DNA of 20,000 nt from an uncultured virus (IMG/VR IMGVR_UViG_3300022926_000008) (lineage: Duplodnaviria; Heunggongvirae; Uroviricota; Caudoviricetes), in IMG/VR virus record IMGVR_UViG_3300022926_000008. The stretch is one strand, 5' to 3'. Below, one piece after another: positions 1 through 11,021 of the stretch (positions are counted from its first letter, which is position 1; each line of letters begins with the position of its first letter). Made by a program: the position numbers and the translations under genes. The notes beneath the pieces are model-generated. The model saw only the letters and a list, made by a program, of their open reading frames with translations. It did no database searches and was not told the origin of the DNA.

Positions 1-2
1 AA

Positions 3-515
3 CCGAAGATCGAGGGACCAGTCGACCTGTCTGAGGTTAAGCAGTGGATCCAGAACCTTAGGAGGCTCGGTCTTGATATCGGAATGGTATCCTTTGACCG
101 CTGGCAGTCATTCGATATTCAGAATGAGCTTAAGGCCGTGGGTATGAGAACCGAAACTGTTTCCGTAGCTAAGAAACACTATGAAGACATGGCAATGCTA
201 ATTTATGAAGAGCGTCTAGTAATGCCTTCTATCGATCTTTTGTTCGAAGAATTGACAGAGCTAAAGATTATGAATAACAACAAGGTCGACCACCCACGCA
301 AAAAGTCTAAGGACCTAGCAGACGCTGTCTGTGGTGCTGTGTTTGGTGCGATTTCTCACACTCCCAGGAACCGCAATCAAGAAGTAGAGATTCATACCTT
401 CAGGGACAGGCCGAAGGTTAATGTTGCGGACCTACCAGACAATGTGATAAACTATAGACCCAAGGAAATGACAGACGATGTTCGGAGCTACTTGGACCAG
501 TTTGGTTTAATTTAG
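3..515 (+). CDS. Terminase large subunit, C-terminal nuclease domain (5'-truncated by window edge)
   Basis: Frame is open from position 3, so the ATG at 84 is internal. Motifs SFDRWQS and KVDHPRKKSKDLADAVCGA resemble the RNase H-like terminase nuclease domain. Confidence 0.8.
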   Translation, partial: PKIEGPVDLSEVKQWIQNLRRLGLDIGMVSFDRWQSFDIQNELKAVGMRTETVSVAKKHYEDMAMLIYEERLVMPSIDLLFEELTELKIMNNNKVDHPRKKSKDLADAVCGAVFGAISHTPRNRNQEVEIHTFRDRPKVNVADLPDNVINYRPKEMTDDVRSYLDQFGLI

Positions 516-530
516 CACAAAATATTGTGT
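515..530. promoter_or_regulatory. NrdR box 1
   Basis: GCACAAAATATTGTGT matches the NrdR consensus acaCwAtATaTwGtgt at 14/16 and lies directly upstream of nrdI-nrdE-nrdF. Confidence 0.7.
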
Positions 531-545
531 GTTTTTTCAGGGTAA

Positions 546-561
546 ACAGCAGATGTAGTAA
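546..561. promoter_or_regulatory. NrdR box 2 (weaker)
   Basis: ACAGCAGATGTAGTAA, 10/16 to consensus, starts 31 bp after box 1 (typical tandem spacing) and abuts the nrdI SD (AAGGAG). Confidence 0.55.
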
Positions 562-576
562 AAAAGGAGTGTACAA

Positions 577-976
577 TTGATACCTATTGACATTGTATAC
601 TTCTCAAATTATTCGGGAAATACTAAGAGATTTGTGGAGAGACTAGATGGAAACCGTGGTTATCGTATTCCTATCGATACTAGGAGTGATAATGTCGTTG
701 CAGTTGATCGGGAGTTTGTTCTTTTTGTACCTACTTACGGTGGTGGCGAAGCTAGAACAGCGATCCCCCGACAAGTACGACATTTCTTAAATGTCAAACA
801 GAACCGAGAGCTGCTCCGTGGAGTAGTCGGTCTTGGCAATACCAATTTTGGTGAACATTACTGCAAGGCTGCAGAACTTATTTGTGAAAAGACAGGGGTA
901 CCGTTGATCGCAAGAGTAGAAGTATTTGGTACCAACGAAGACGTAGACAAAGTAAAAGAAAGGCTGAACCTACTAT

Positions 977-993
<17 letters not shown>
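577..993 (+). CDS. nrdI: Class Ib ribonucleotide reductase flavodoxin NrdI
   Basis: [20 protein letters not shown] and [10 protein letters not shown] motifs; TTG start after AAGGAG; directly upstream of nrdE. Confidence 0.95.
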
Positions 994-4053
<3,060 letters not shown>

Positions 4054-4085
4054 TGTATAATAGAAAAGACAGATAAGGAATTATT

Positions 4086-4901
4086 GTGTACAAAGAAAAC
4101 AGAACTTTAGACTGGATCCCACGGTTTGATGAGAGATCCAAAAACTATCCTATTAGACCGCTGCTTGGCACAAGGCGTACAGCAAGGAAAGCTACCTTTT
4201 GGCAAGAAGGAACAGTCCTAGACCAAGGTGCTGAGGGTGCCTGCGTAGGATTTGGCTGGATGGCAGATGTCTTGGCTAAGCCAGTTGCTCCAGAACAACA
4301 GCCAGCTGAAGAGCTTGGCAATTCATTGGCACAGTTCTATTATAAAGAAGCACAAAAGGTTGACCAGTGGGATGGCGAAGACTATGAGGGTACTTCTGTT
4401 CTAGCTGGTGCTAAGGTAATGAAAGAGTATGGTCTTATTTCAGAGTATCGTTGGTGCTTCTCTGTAGAAGATATCATTGATGCAGTATGTTTAAAGGGCC
4501 CAGTAGTCTTGGGTGTTCCATGGTTCCAGTCAATGTACCGCACATTGACTGGCGGTCTTGTTTATATTGATACTACAAAAGAGCCAGTCGGCGGACACTG
4601 TATTACAATTACTGGGTATGATCCTGCCATGCAAATTGGAAGGCAGACACTTGAGGTATTTAGATGGAGAAATTCTTGGGGCCACGACTATGGCGATGGA
4701 GGATCTGGATACATTAAGGTTTCAGACCTTAAAAGACTTTTTGAGCACGGGCAGGGTGCAGAAGCCTGTATTCCTCTAGTGAGAAACAAGCCAGTTCTTG
4801 AGTTCCCACCACGCAGCATTATTAAGAAGAGAACCTTCTGGGATATTCTACTTAATGCTGTTATTCAGTGGATTAAGTTTAGGTTCTTTCCTAACGGCTA
4901 G
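4086..4901 (+). CDS. Papain-like (C1 family) cysteine peptidase
   Basis: DQGAEGACVGF (oxyanion Gln, catalytic Cys), GGHCI (His), RNSWG (Asn); GTG start; aromatic, amphipathic C-terminal tail. Confidence 0.88.
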   Translation: MYKENRTLDWIPRFDERSKNYPIRPLLGTRRTARKATFWQEGTVLDQGAEGACVGFGWMADVLAKPVAPEQQPAEELGNSLAQFYYKEAQKVDQWDGEDYEGTSVLAGAKVMKEYGLISEYRWCFSVEDIIDAVCLKGPVVLGVPWFQSMYRTLTGGLVYIDTTKEPVGGHCITITGYDPAMQIGRQTLEVFRWRNSWGHDYGDGGSGYIKVSDLKRLFEHGQGAEACIPLVRNKPVLEFPPRSIIKKRTFWDILLNAVIQWIKFRFFPNG

Positions 4902-4930
4902 TTGACAAAGCTCATGCAGTCATATATACT
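4902..4930 (+). promoter_or_regulatory. SigA/sigma70-type promoter for the tRNA cluster
   Basis: TTGACA (4902-4907), 17 nt spacer, TATACT (4925-4930), 13 nt before tRNA-Asn. Confidence 0.8.
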
Positions 4931-4943
4931 GGTTGCATGACAT

Positions 4944-5015
4944 TGGCCACTAGCTCAACGGCAGAGCAGAGAGCTGTTAACTCTAAGGTTCCTGGTTCGA
5001 ATCCAGGGTGGCCAG
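4944..5015 (+). tRNA. tRNA-Asn (GTT)
   Basis: Acceptor TGGCCAC/GTGGCCA, anticodon loop CT-GTT-AA (4976-4978), T arm CCTGG-TTCGAAT-CCAGG; no encoded CCA. Confidence 0.95.
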
Positions 5016-5016
5016 C

Positions 5017-5065
5017 GGACCCCTATCCTAGCATCACTCAACGATATTTCACTGGATAGGGGTTC
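5017..5065 (+). other. 12-bp inverted repeat (hairpin) filling the Asn-Trp tRNA spacer
   Basis: GGACCCCTATCC (5017-5028) pairs with GGATAGGGGTTC (5054-5065) with one G-U; no U tract follows. Confidence 0.6.
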
Positions 5066-5067
5066 AT

Positions 5068-5138
5068 ATCGACCAAGTGTTACGGTAGCACGGCGGTCTC
5101 CAAAACCGTAGGACTAGGTTCAATTCCTAGGGTCGGTG
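5068..5138 (+). tRNA. tRNA-Trp (CCA)
   Basis: Acceptor ATCGACC/GGTCGGT, anticodon arm GCGGT-CT-CCA-AA-ACCGT (5100-5102), T arm CTAGG-TTCAATT-CCTAG; A at position 8 instead of U. Confidence 0.9.
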
Positions 5139-5152
5139 CGATAATTAAATAT

Positions 5153-5226
5153 GGTCTTGTAGCTCAGTTGGTTAGAGTGCCGCCCTGTCACGGCGGAGGT
5201 CGCGGGTTCAAGTCCCGTCAAGATCG
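5153..5226 (+). tRNA. tRNA-Asp (GTC)
   Basis: Acceptor GGTCTTG/CAAGATC, anticodon arm CCGCC-CT-GTC-AC-GGCGG (5187-5189), T loop TTCAAGT. Confidence 0.96.
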
Positions 5227-5229
5227 CGA

Positions 5230-5302
5230 GCCTCTGTAGCTCAGGGGACAGAGCAATGGACTTCTAATCCATGTGTCGTAGGTTCGAATCCTACCAGGGG
5301 TA
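5230..5302 (+). tRNA. tRNA-Arg (TCT)
   Basis: Acceptor GCCTCTG/CAGGGGT, anticodon arm ATGGA-CT-TCT-AA-TCCAT (5263-5265), T arm GTAGG-TTCGAAT-CCTAC. Confidence 0.94.
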
Positions 5303-5309
5303 CGAGTTA

Positions 5310-5318
5310 TGGTAGAAT
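5310..5318 (+). promoter_or_regulatory. Extended -10 promoter upstream of katG
   Basis: TGG-TAGAAT; the same TATGGTAGAATA string recurs at 19676-19687 before another gene. Confidence 0.55.
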
Positions 5319-5357
5319 ATAAGTATACTTTTATAGATAAGAAAGAGAGAGTATAAG

Positions 5358-7943
5358 ATGAGCGATGAGCCAAAATGCCCATTTCCGCATGAAAAGGTGC
5401 AAGGTGCCAAAGCACTAGCTACTGGTGAAAGTGCTAGAAAGTGGTGGCCAAATCAAGTTTCTGTGGATGCACTGCAACGCAATGGACAGAACAACAGCCC
5501 TTTTGAGAAAGACTTTGACTATTCAAAGGCTTATTCGGAGCTAGATCTCGAAAATTTAAAAAGCTTTGTGTTCGCCCTGATTACAAATTCTGGTCCAAGG
5601 TATGAAGAGGCAATTGCCGCTAGAGGTTTGGATGCAATGCCGTATGGTCAAAAGTACTGGTGGCCAGCCGACTGGGGGCACTATGGCCCTCTGTTTATTA
5701 GGCTAGCTTGGCATGCTGCTGGAACCTATAGAGTTAGTGACGGTCGTGGCGGTGCTGGCAGGGGAATGATTAGGATGGCCCCTCTTAACTCTTGGCCAGA
5801 CAATGTTAATCTAGACAAGGCAATGAGAATTCTGTGGCCAGCTAAGGAAAGGTTTGGAGACGGGATCAGCTGGGCTGACCTGTTTATTTTGGCAGGTAAC
5901 CTTGCTCTGGAGTCAATGGGATTCAAGACACTGGGCTTTGCTGCAGGACGAATTGATTCGTATGAAGAAGACGATACGTACTGGGGCAACGAAACTGCAT
6001 GGCTAGCTAATGAGAGACATCGAGAGCAGACTATTCTAGATAACCCATTAGCAGCAACCCACATGGGATTAATCTATGTTAATCCAGAAGGCCCAGATGG
6101 CAATGCTGAAGATTTTACTGGGGCTGCTAGAGATATTAGGATTACATTTGGCCGAATGGCAATGAATGATGAAGAGACCGTTGCCCTTATTGCTGGAGGC
6201 CACGCTTTTGGTAAGGCACACGGCAATGGTGATCCATCTAAGGTCGGTGAGCCGCCAGCAGGAGCCCCCATTGAGCAGATTGGGTTTGGTTGGAAAAATG
6301 CTAATGGCAAGGGCAATGCTGAAGATACCGTGAGCAGCGGTCTTGAGGGGGCATGGACCCCAACACCCACCACTTGGGATAACAAGTACCTAGAGCTTTT
6401 GTATAAGTATGAGTGGCAAAAGGTTTTAAGTCCAGCAGGAGCACAGCAGTGGGAGCCAATTGACTGCCAGCCAGAAGATATGGTTCCAGACGCACACGTT
6501 AAGGGCAAGATGAATAAGCCAATGATGCTTACGACAGATCTAGCCCTAAGATTTGGCGACCCAGAATATGATCGAATTGCAAGATCTTTTGCAGAAGACT
6601 TCGATCGCTTCTCAGATGTTTTTGCCAAGGCATGGTTCAAGCTAACTCACCGTGACATGGGGCCCCTGGACAGATACCTTGGTGATGAGGTACCAGAAGA
6701 AGTATTTACTTGGCAAGACCCAATTCACAAAAATACTTTCCCTGAAATTACTGATAAAGATATTAATAATTTAAGAGGCAATATTATTAAAGAGCTAGAA
6801 ACTACAGGGATTACCTTAAGCTATAACAACAAGGGGTATATTGAAAATAGAAAGCTTGACGTTCGGGATTTGGTTTTTACTGCCTGGGTGTCAGCCAGCA
6901 CGTATCGTGATAGCGATAGGCGTGGTGGTGCTAATGGTGCAAGGATTCTTCTGGAGCCAATGAAATCATGGGAGTTTGTAGACTATGAGCGTGCCCACAA
7001 AACAGTAACATTTTTGACAGAGATCAGAGACTCGCTAAAGATTGAGATGTCGATCGCTGACCTGATTGTTGCTGGAGGAAATATTGGTGTAGAGATTCTG
7101 GCTAAAAATGCTGGCTTTGAGCTTAAAATGCCATTTGTTGGTGGCCGCGGTGATGCTACTCAAGATCAAATTGATGTCGAGTCTGTAGGTCACCTAGAGC
7201 CAGTACATGATGGTTTCTTGAATTGGACCAAAGTAAAGCGTAGCTATGGCGATGGTGATAGCTCATCTAGTGCCGTTGGCGATGAAGATGGCTCAGTTAA
7301 CGGCTACTTTGGTGTCGAGCTAAGTGAAGACGACCTTGAGCTCTTGCCAATTTTGGGTAATGAAAATACTCAGGCAAACGTTTCTGAAGATTACCCTACT
7401 CTGTATGGTGATGCGACTGCCGATAGCGATGTGTACGTAGAGCTATCTGAAGACTCGTTTGTTCTAGAAGAGTTTGCAGAGTACCTAATGATTGAAAGGG
7501 CAGACCTTCTAAATCTAACTCCTAAAGAGTTGGTGGCATTGCTAACTGTATTTAGATCTGCATCTATTTATCACAGGTCATCTACTCTGAATAGAGACTC
7601 TACGTACTCTCCTGGTGACAATTGGAAGATTGGCACAGAGTTCTTGGAGCACATGGTGCTAAAAAGTTGGTATGCTTGGGAAGAGGCTAAGGAGCCTGAC
7701 GACACTGAAAAGGTAACTACCTACGATCACCCAGCAAAACAATTTATTGGCAAACACCTGCACCCAGATAGCCCAACTTCATTCCGTGCTAGTCGCGTAG
7801 ACCTATTGTTGGCTTCTAATCCTATTTTACGTGGGATCTGTGAGTTCTATACTCAGGCTGGCGGGCTGCAAAGACTAGTAGATGACTTTGCAAGTGCATG
7901 GAACAAGGTCATGATGCTTGACAGATACGACGTTAAGCGATAG
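5358..7943 (+). CDS. katG: Catalase-peroxidase KatG, enlarged (861 aa)
   Basis: KCPF N-terminus, [22 protein letters not shown] (distal Arg/Trp/His), [10 protein letters not shown] (adduct Tyr), [17 protein letters not shown] (adduct Met, proximal His), [20 protein letters not shown] and C-terminal KVMMLDRYD. Confidence 0.96.
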   Translation: MSDEPKCPFPHEKVQGAKALATGESARKWWPNQVSVDALQRNGQNNSPFEKDFDYSKAYSELDLENLKSFVFALITNSGPRYEEAIAARGLDAMPYGQKYWWPADWGHYGPLFIRLAWHAAGTYRVSDGRGGAGRGMIRMAPLNSWPDNVNLDKAMRILWPAKERFGDGISWADLFILAGNLALESMGFKTLGFAAGRIDSYEEDDTYWGNETAWLANERHREQTILDNPLAATHMGLIYVNPEGPDGNAEDFTGAARDIRITFGRMAMNDEETVALIAGGHAFGKAHGNGDPSKVGEPPAGAPIEQIGFGWKNANGKGNAEDTVSSGLEGAWTPTPTTWDNKYLELLYKYEWQKVLSPAGAQQWEPIDCQPEDMVPDAHVKGKMNKPMMLTTDLALRFGDPEYDRIARSFAEDFDRFSDVFAKAWFKLTHRDMGPLDRYLGDEVPEEVFTWQDPIHKNTFPEITDKDINNLRGNIIKELETTGITLSYNNKGYIENRKLDVRDLVFTAWVSASTYRDSDRRGGANGARILLEPMKSWEFVDYERAHKTVTFLTEIRDSLKIEMSIADLIVAGGNIGVEILAKNAGFELKMPFVGGRGDATQDQIDVESVGHLEPVHDGFLNWTKVKRSYGDGDSSSSAVGDEDGSVNGYFGVELSEDDLELLPILGNENTQANVSEDYPTLYGDATADSDVYVELSEDSFVLEEFAEYLMIERADLLNLTPKELVALLTVFRSASIYHRSSTLNRDSTYSPGDNWKIGTEFLEHMVLKSWYAWEEAKEPDDTEKVTTYDHPAKQFIGKHLHPDSPTSFRASRVDLLLASNPILRGICEFYTQAGGLQRLVDDFASAWNKVMMLDRYDVKR

Positions 7944-7954
7944 AATAAAGGATC

Positions 7955-8028
7955 GCCCTCTTAGCTCAGCTGGCCAGAGCAACGCACTTGTAATGCGTAG
8001 GTCATCGGTTCGAATCCGATAGAGGGCT
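7955..8028 (+). tRNA. tRNA-Thr (TGT)
   Basis: Acceptor GCCCTCT/AGAGGGC, anticodon arm ACGCA-CT-TGT-AA-TGCGT (7989-7991), T arm ATCGG-TTCGAAT-CCGAT. Confidence 0.96.
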
Positions 8029-8049
8029 CGACAATAAACAGGAGAGAGA

Positions 8050-8769
8050 ATGACAACATATATTAGGACAACTCCAGAACCAATCGATGTCCTTGACGAG
8101 GGCTATGTACGCCTCGTAGACGTGCTAGGAGACGATCTGGCGGTAGTTAATGCTGCTAGAGTTTCTTACGATAAGGAGAAAAACGAGTTTGAGGAAAGGG
8201 ATGCAAAGCTACTGAAGTTTTTGCTTAGAGAGCAGCATACAAGTCCTTTTAGACATGCAGCCGCAACCTTTGAAGTTTATGCCCCACTATTTGTTGCAAG
8301 GCAATGGTGGAAATATGCGGTAGCTTCTACGCATGTAGATGAGCAAAATGGCTGGAATGAATCTTCTAGGCGTTACATTACTGAGGATGAGAAGTTCTAC
8401 ATCCCACTACCAGACCAATGGCGTAGTAAGCCAGAGAATAGCAAGCAGGGCTCAGGTGAGCCAGTAGACGAAGAGCTGGGCCAGAAGTACTTTGAGATGC
8501 TCTGTGAGTCTGTGGTACAGGGGACTGAGGCATATCACATGGCTATGGATGATGGCATTGCCCCAGAGATTGCTAGACTATTCCTACCAGCATACGGCAT
8601 GTACGTACGTTGGAGATGGACTGTTTCGCTCCAGGGCATTCTAACGTTCCTTGACCAGCGTATTGAGCATGATGCACAGTGGGAAATTCAGGAGTATGCA
8701 AAGGCAGTTCGTAAACTAACTAAGGAAGCATTTCCAGAAACAATCAACATGCTATACGAGGAGGCGTGA
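8050..8769 (+). CDS. thyX: Flavin-dependent thymidylate synthase
   Basis: VVNAARVSY, HTSPFRH, PLFVARQW, WNESSRRY, APEIARLFLP and HDAQWEI motifs. Confidence 0.93.
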   Translation: MTTYIRTTPEPIDVLDEGYVRLVDVLGDDLAVVNAARVSYDKEKNEFEERDAKLLKFLLREQHTSPFRHAAATFEVYAPLFVARQWWKYAVASTHVDEQNGWNESSRRYITEDEKFYIPLPDQWRSKPENSKQGSGEPVDEELGQKYFEMLCESVVQGTEAYHMAMDDGIAPEIARLFLPAYGMYVRWRWTVSLQGILTFLDQRIEHDAQWEIQEYAKAVRKLTKEAFPETINMLYEEA

Positions 8770-8969
8770 TGTCAGATTCAAAAAAGCAAAGCCTGACCAA
8801 AACCATTAGTTGGCAGATTTGGCACTTTGTAGTTATTGCTAGTATACTTTACTTTGTTACTGGAGAGTGGGAGTATGCTGGCCTAGGTGCCATTGTCTAT
8901 ATCACTATAGAGGCATTAGGGTTTTATGCCCATGAAAGACTATGGGCAAAATTTGGCAGATTAAAGTAA
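8766..8969 (+). CDS. Small membrane protein, DUF2061-like
   Basis: KTISW...YAHERLW pattern with two hydrophobic segments; start GTG 8766 or ATG 8769. Confidence 0.7.
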   Translation: MMSDSKKQSLTKTISWQIWHFVVIASILYFVTGEWEYAGLGAIVYITIEALGFYAHERLWAKFGRLK

Positions 8970-8971
8970 TC

Positions 8972-8980
8972 TGTTATAAT
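8972..8980 (+). promoter_or_regulatory. Extended -10 promoter
   Basis: TGT-TATAAT upstream of SD AAGGAGG and the small ORF-nrdH pair. Confidence 0.6.
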
Positions 8981-9002
8981 TATTAAACAACAAGGAGGGG
9001 TA

Positions 9003-9131
9003 ATGGAGAACGTAATGTTTATTGTTTGGCACAGCTTGGCTATTGTTTTGCTGTCTGTGTCTTCTTATGGTATTGGCTATCAAGTAGCCAAAGATGGCCT
9101 AAAAAATATTCTAATTAAAAAGGAGAACTAA
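9003..9131 (+). CDS. 42-aa single-pass membrane protein (not in ORF track)
   Basis: MENVMFIVWHSLAIVLLSVSSYGIGYQVAKDGLKNILIKKEN; strong SD; stop overlaps the nrdH start (TAATG). Confidence 0.7.
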   Translation: MENVMFIVWHSLAIVLLSVSSYGIGYQVAKDGLKNILIKKEN

Positions 9132-9355
9132 TGACAACTGTCTACACTAAAAACAACTGTGTCCAGTGCGACATGACTAAAAGACTAATGGATAAGATCG
9201 GTGTTGAGTATGATACTGTGAATATCAGCGAAGATGCAGACGCACTGAATAAGTTAATTGAGATGGGTTATAAGGCGGCCCCAGTTGTCATGACTGACTC
9301 TGGAGATTCCTGGGCAGGCTTCCAACCTGATAAGATTACTGAGCTAGCAGCCTAA
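9131..9355 (+). CDS. nrdH: Glutaredoxin-like NrdH redoxin
   Basis: VYTKNNCVQC, APVV and WAGFQPDKI; 74 aa. Confidence 0.93.
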   Translation: MTTVYTKNNCVQCDMTKRLMDKIGVEYDTVNISEDADALNKLIEMGYKAAPVVMTDSGDSWAGFQPDKITELAA

Positions 9356-9810
9356 CTGTGATCTAGCTCAAAGCTCCCCGCGATATGAAAACTATCTGCG
9401 GGGCTTAGCTTTATGGGGGAGTTATCGCTATCTGAGAATGGAACGTGCTGGCCATTAGAGCTAATCGAATAAAGCCCCATAATGTCTGAACCCTCTATTA
9501 CGTGTCCAAGAATTGCATATTGGTTTCCGCTAGAGAAATCATGTAGGCAGCCATCACTTAAAATAATATTATGATTAGCAGCAAAAGGTAGCTTCATGTA
9601 ATACTGCCCAGTTCCAAATGTAAGAATATTATCCATGTCTACATCAATAGCAAAGTGACATAGGTTTCCAATTACTGTGTAGTGTCCAGTAAACAGCGGA
9701 TTGCTACTAAACGTTGGTTGTGGGTCAGACAGTGTGCCACCCTCAATAGTCCAGGAGCCGTTATCAGAACTACCAGATTGCCAAATGGAGGGGTGTGTGA
9801 ATCTGGCCAT
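9352..9810 (-). CDS. Hypothetical beta-rich protein, possibly fibre/receptor-binding head-like domain
   Basis: 152-aa ORF coupled to the upstream ORF; GHYTVIGNLCHF...YMKLPF and final GSFEL strand recall phage fibre head domains (inference). Confidence 0.6.
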   Translation of the reverse strand: MARFTHPSIWQSGSSDNGSWTIEGGTLSDPQPTFSSNPLFTGHYTVIGNLCHFAIDVDMDNILTFGTGQYYMKLPFAANHNIILSDGCLHDFSSGNQYAILGHVIEGSDIMGLYSISSNGQHVPFSDSDNSPIKLSPADSFHIAGSFELDHS

Positions 9811-10088
9811 TACTGACCCTGCTCTAGCTTAATATTGAGAACTGCAGCATACATGCCAGATGTTTCTCCAATTAGGTAAAGATCATCCATCCCAGATAGC
9901 TCAAAAGAGATGGCGTGATTAGGAAGAATTCTATAGCCAAAATTTGTTTGCGTAACATCGTGGCCACCAACGTATACGTAGCCAGATGCATTTACGTTCT
10001 GGATTGTAATGTCCATTCCAGAGTGAGTTCCGTCTGGAGTAATTTTTGTGGGGGTAACTCCAACCTCATATAATCTGTGTGTAGTCAT
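9810..10088 (-). CDS. Hypothetical phage protein (leaderless)
   Basis: 92-aa ORF; TGA-TATAAT lies 6 nt before the ATG; stop overlaps the next start. Confidence 0.7.
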   Translation of the reverse strand: MTTHRLYEVGVTPTKITPDGTHSGMDITIQNVNASGYVYVGGHDVTQTNFGYRILPNHAISFELSGMDDLYLIGETSGMYAAVLNIKLEQGQ

Positions 10089-10105
10089 AATAAAATTATA
10101 TCACA

Positions 10106-10204
10106 TTAGCAATTGTGTGCATCTATTTGTACATATAGATCTTCGCCATTGTCGCCCTGCAGCCTGACCTGACACCTGGGGCAAGTAAAATATAGAGGCA
10201 GCAT
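10106..10204 (-). CDS. 32-aa putative zinc-finger microprotein (not in ORF track)
   Basis: MLPLYFTCPRCQVRLQGDNGEDLYVQIDAHNC with CxxC...HxC; TACAAT 5 nt upstream of the ATG; fills the intergenic gap. Confidence 0.55.
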   Translation of the reverse strand: MLPLYFTCPRCQVRLQGDNGEDLYVQIDAHNC

Positions 10205-10241
10205 ACTCAATTGTAGTTTGTTTTTATGATAAAATAGCTAT

Positions 10242-11021
10242 ATGAAACTCATTAACCCAGCTCCAGGCCGTAAAGTTACCAGTGACTATGGCCCCAGGAC
10301 ACACCCTATTACTGGTCAAAAAGGCAAGATGCATCACGGAATTGACTTTGGCGGAAGCTTCGATGTGCTTGCTGCTGGCGACGGCATTGTTGATCATGTC
10401 GGCTGGTCTCCAAAAGGCGGAGGGCATGTTGTTAGAATTAAGCACGCATCTAATCTTTATACTGTTTACTATCATGGCAAGAATGCTACCAAGTTTAAGG
10501 TAGGGGATCGCATTAAAGCTGGCGAGGTTGTATACCGTAGCGGATCCACGGGTGCTAGCACAGGGAACCACCTCCACTTCGAATGCCGAAAAAGTGCCCG
10601 TTGGGGAGATAGCGTAGATCCTAATCTTTATATTAATAATAATGTTGTAGACCCTAAGGTAAAGGGTAGCGTCGGTGGCCCAGAAAATGCAGCTCGCCAT
10701 CAGTATGCCCTGAAGGTAGACGGCAAGATGGGCAAGAATACTTGGAGGGCATGGCAGAATGCACTTAAGGAAAATTTTGGCTACCGAGGAATTGTGGATG
10801 GTATTCCAGGCAAAATGACTTGGACTGCAATTCAAAAGTCTGGTCTCAAGTTTGGCTATAACGCAAAGTATGTGGATGGTAAGCCTGGGGCTAACACCAG
10901 AAAGTCCGTACAGAGGCGTTTGAAGGCCACTGGGGACTACCGTGGACCCCTTGACGGCATCTGGGGACCAAATACAATCAGTGCACTTCAGCGGGTACTT
11001 AACAAAGGACTGTATAAATGA
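10242..11021 (+). CDS. Endolysin: M23 peptidase plus repeated peptidoglycan-binding domains
   Basis: HHGIDF and HLHFE zinc motifs; C-terminal DG-x-x-G-x-x-T repeats (VDGKMGKNT, VDGIPGKMT, VDGKPGANT, LDGIWGPNT); leaderless after TGA-TAAAAT. Confidence 0.9.
   Translation: MKLINPAPGRKVTSDYGPRTHPITGQKGKMHHGIDFGGSFDVLAAGDGIVDHVGWSPKGGGHVVRIKHASNLYTVYYHGKNATKFKVGDRIKAGEVVYRSGSTGASTGNHLHFECRKSARWGDSVDPNLYINNNVVDPKVKGSVGGPENAARHQYALKVDGKMGKNTWRAWQNALKENFGYRGIVDGIPGKMTWTAIQKSGLKFGYNAKYVDGKPGANTRKSVQRRLKATGDYRGPLDGIWGPNTISALQRVLNKGLYK

Noticed and set aside
5016..5067. tRNA-associated HDV-like (theta) ribozyme
   Set aside because: Only a simple hairpin is evident; I could not build the nested double pseudoknot.
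5218..5415. 65-aa minus-strand ORF
   Set aside because: It is the antisense of tRNA-Arg and the katG start; the sequence reads as typical tRNA reverse translation.
5726..6640. Long antisense ORFs (112, 188 and 64 aa) within katG
   Set aside because: Shadow frames of a conserved coding region.
7231..7470. KatG insertion as an intein
   Set aside because: Too short, low complexity, and no C/S...HN-C/S/T splice-junction motifs.
10224..10835. 203-aa minus-strand ORF opposite the endolysin
   Set aside because: Antisense to a clear M23 gene, with no motif support.
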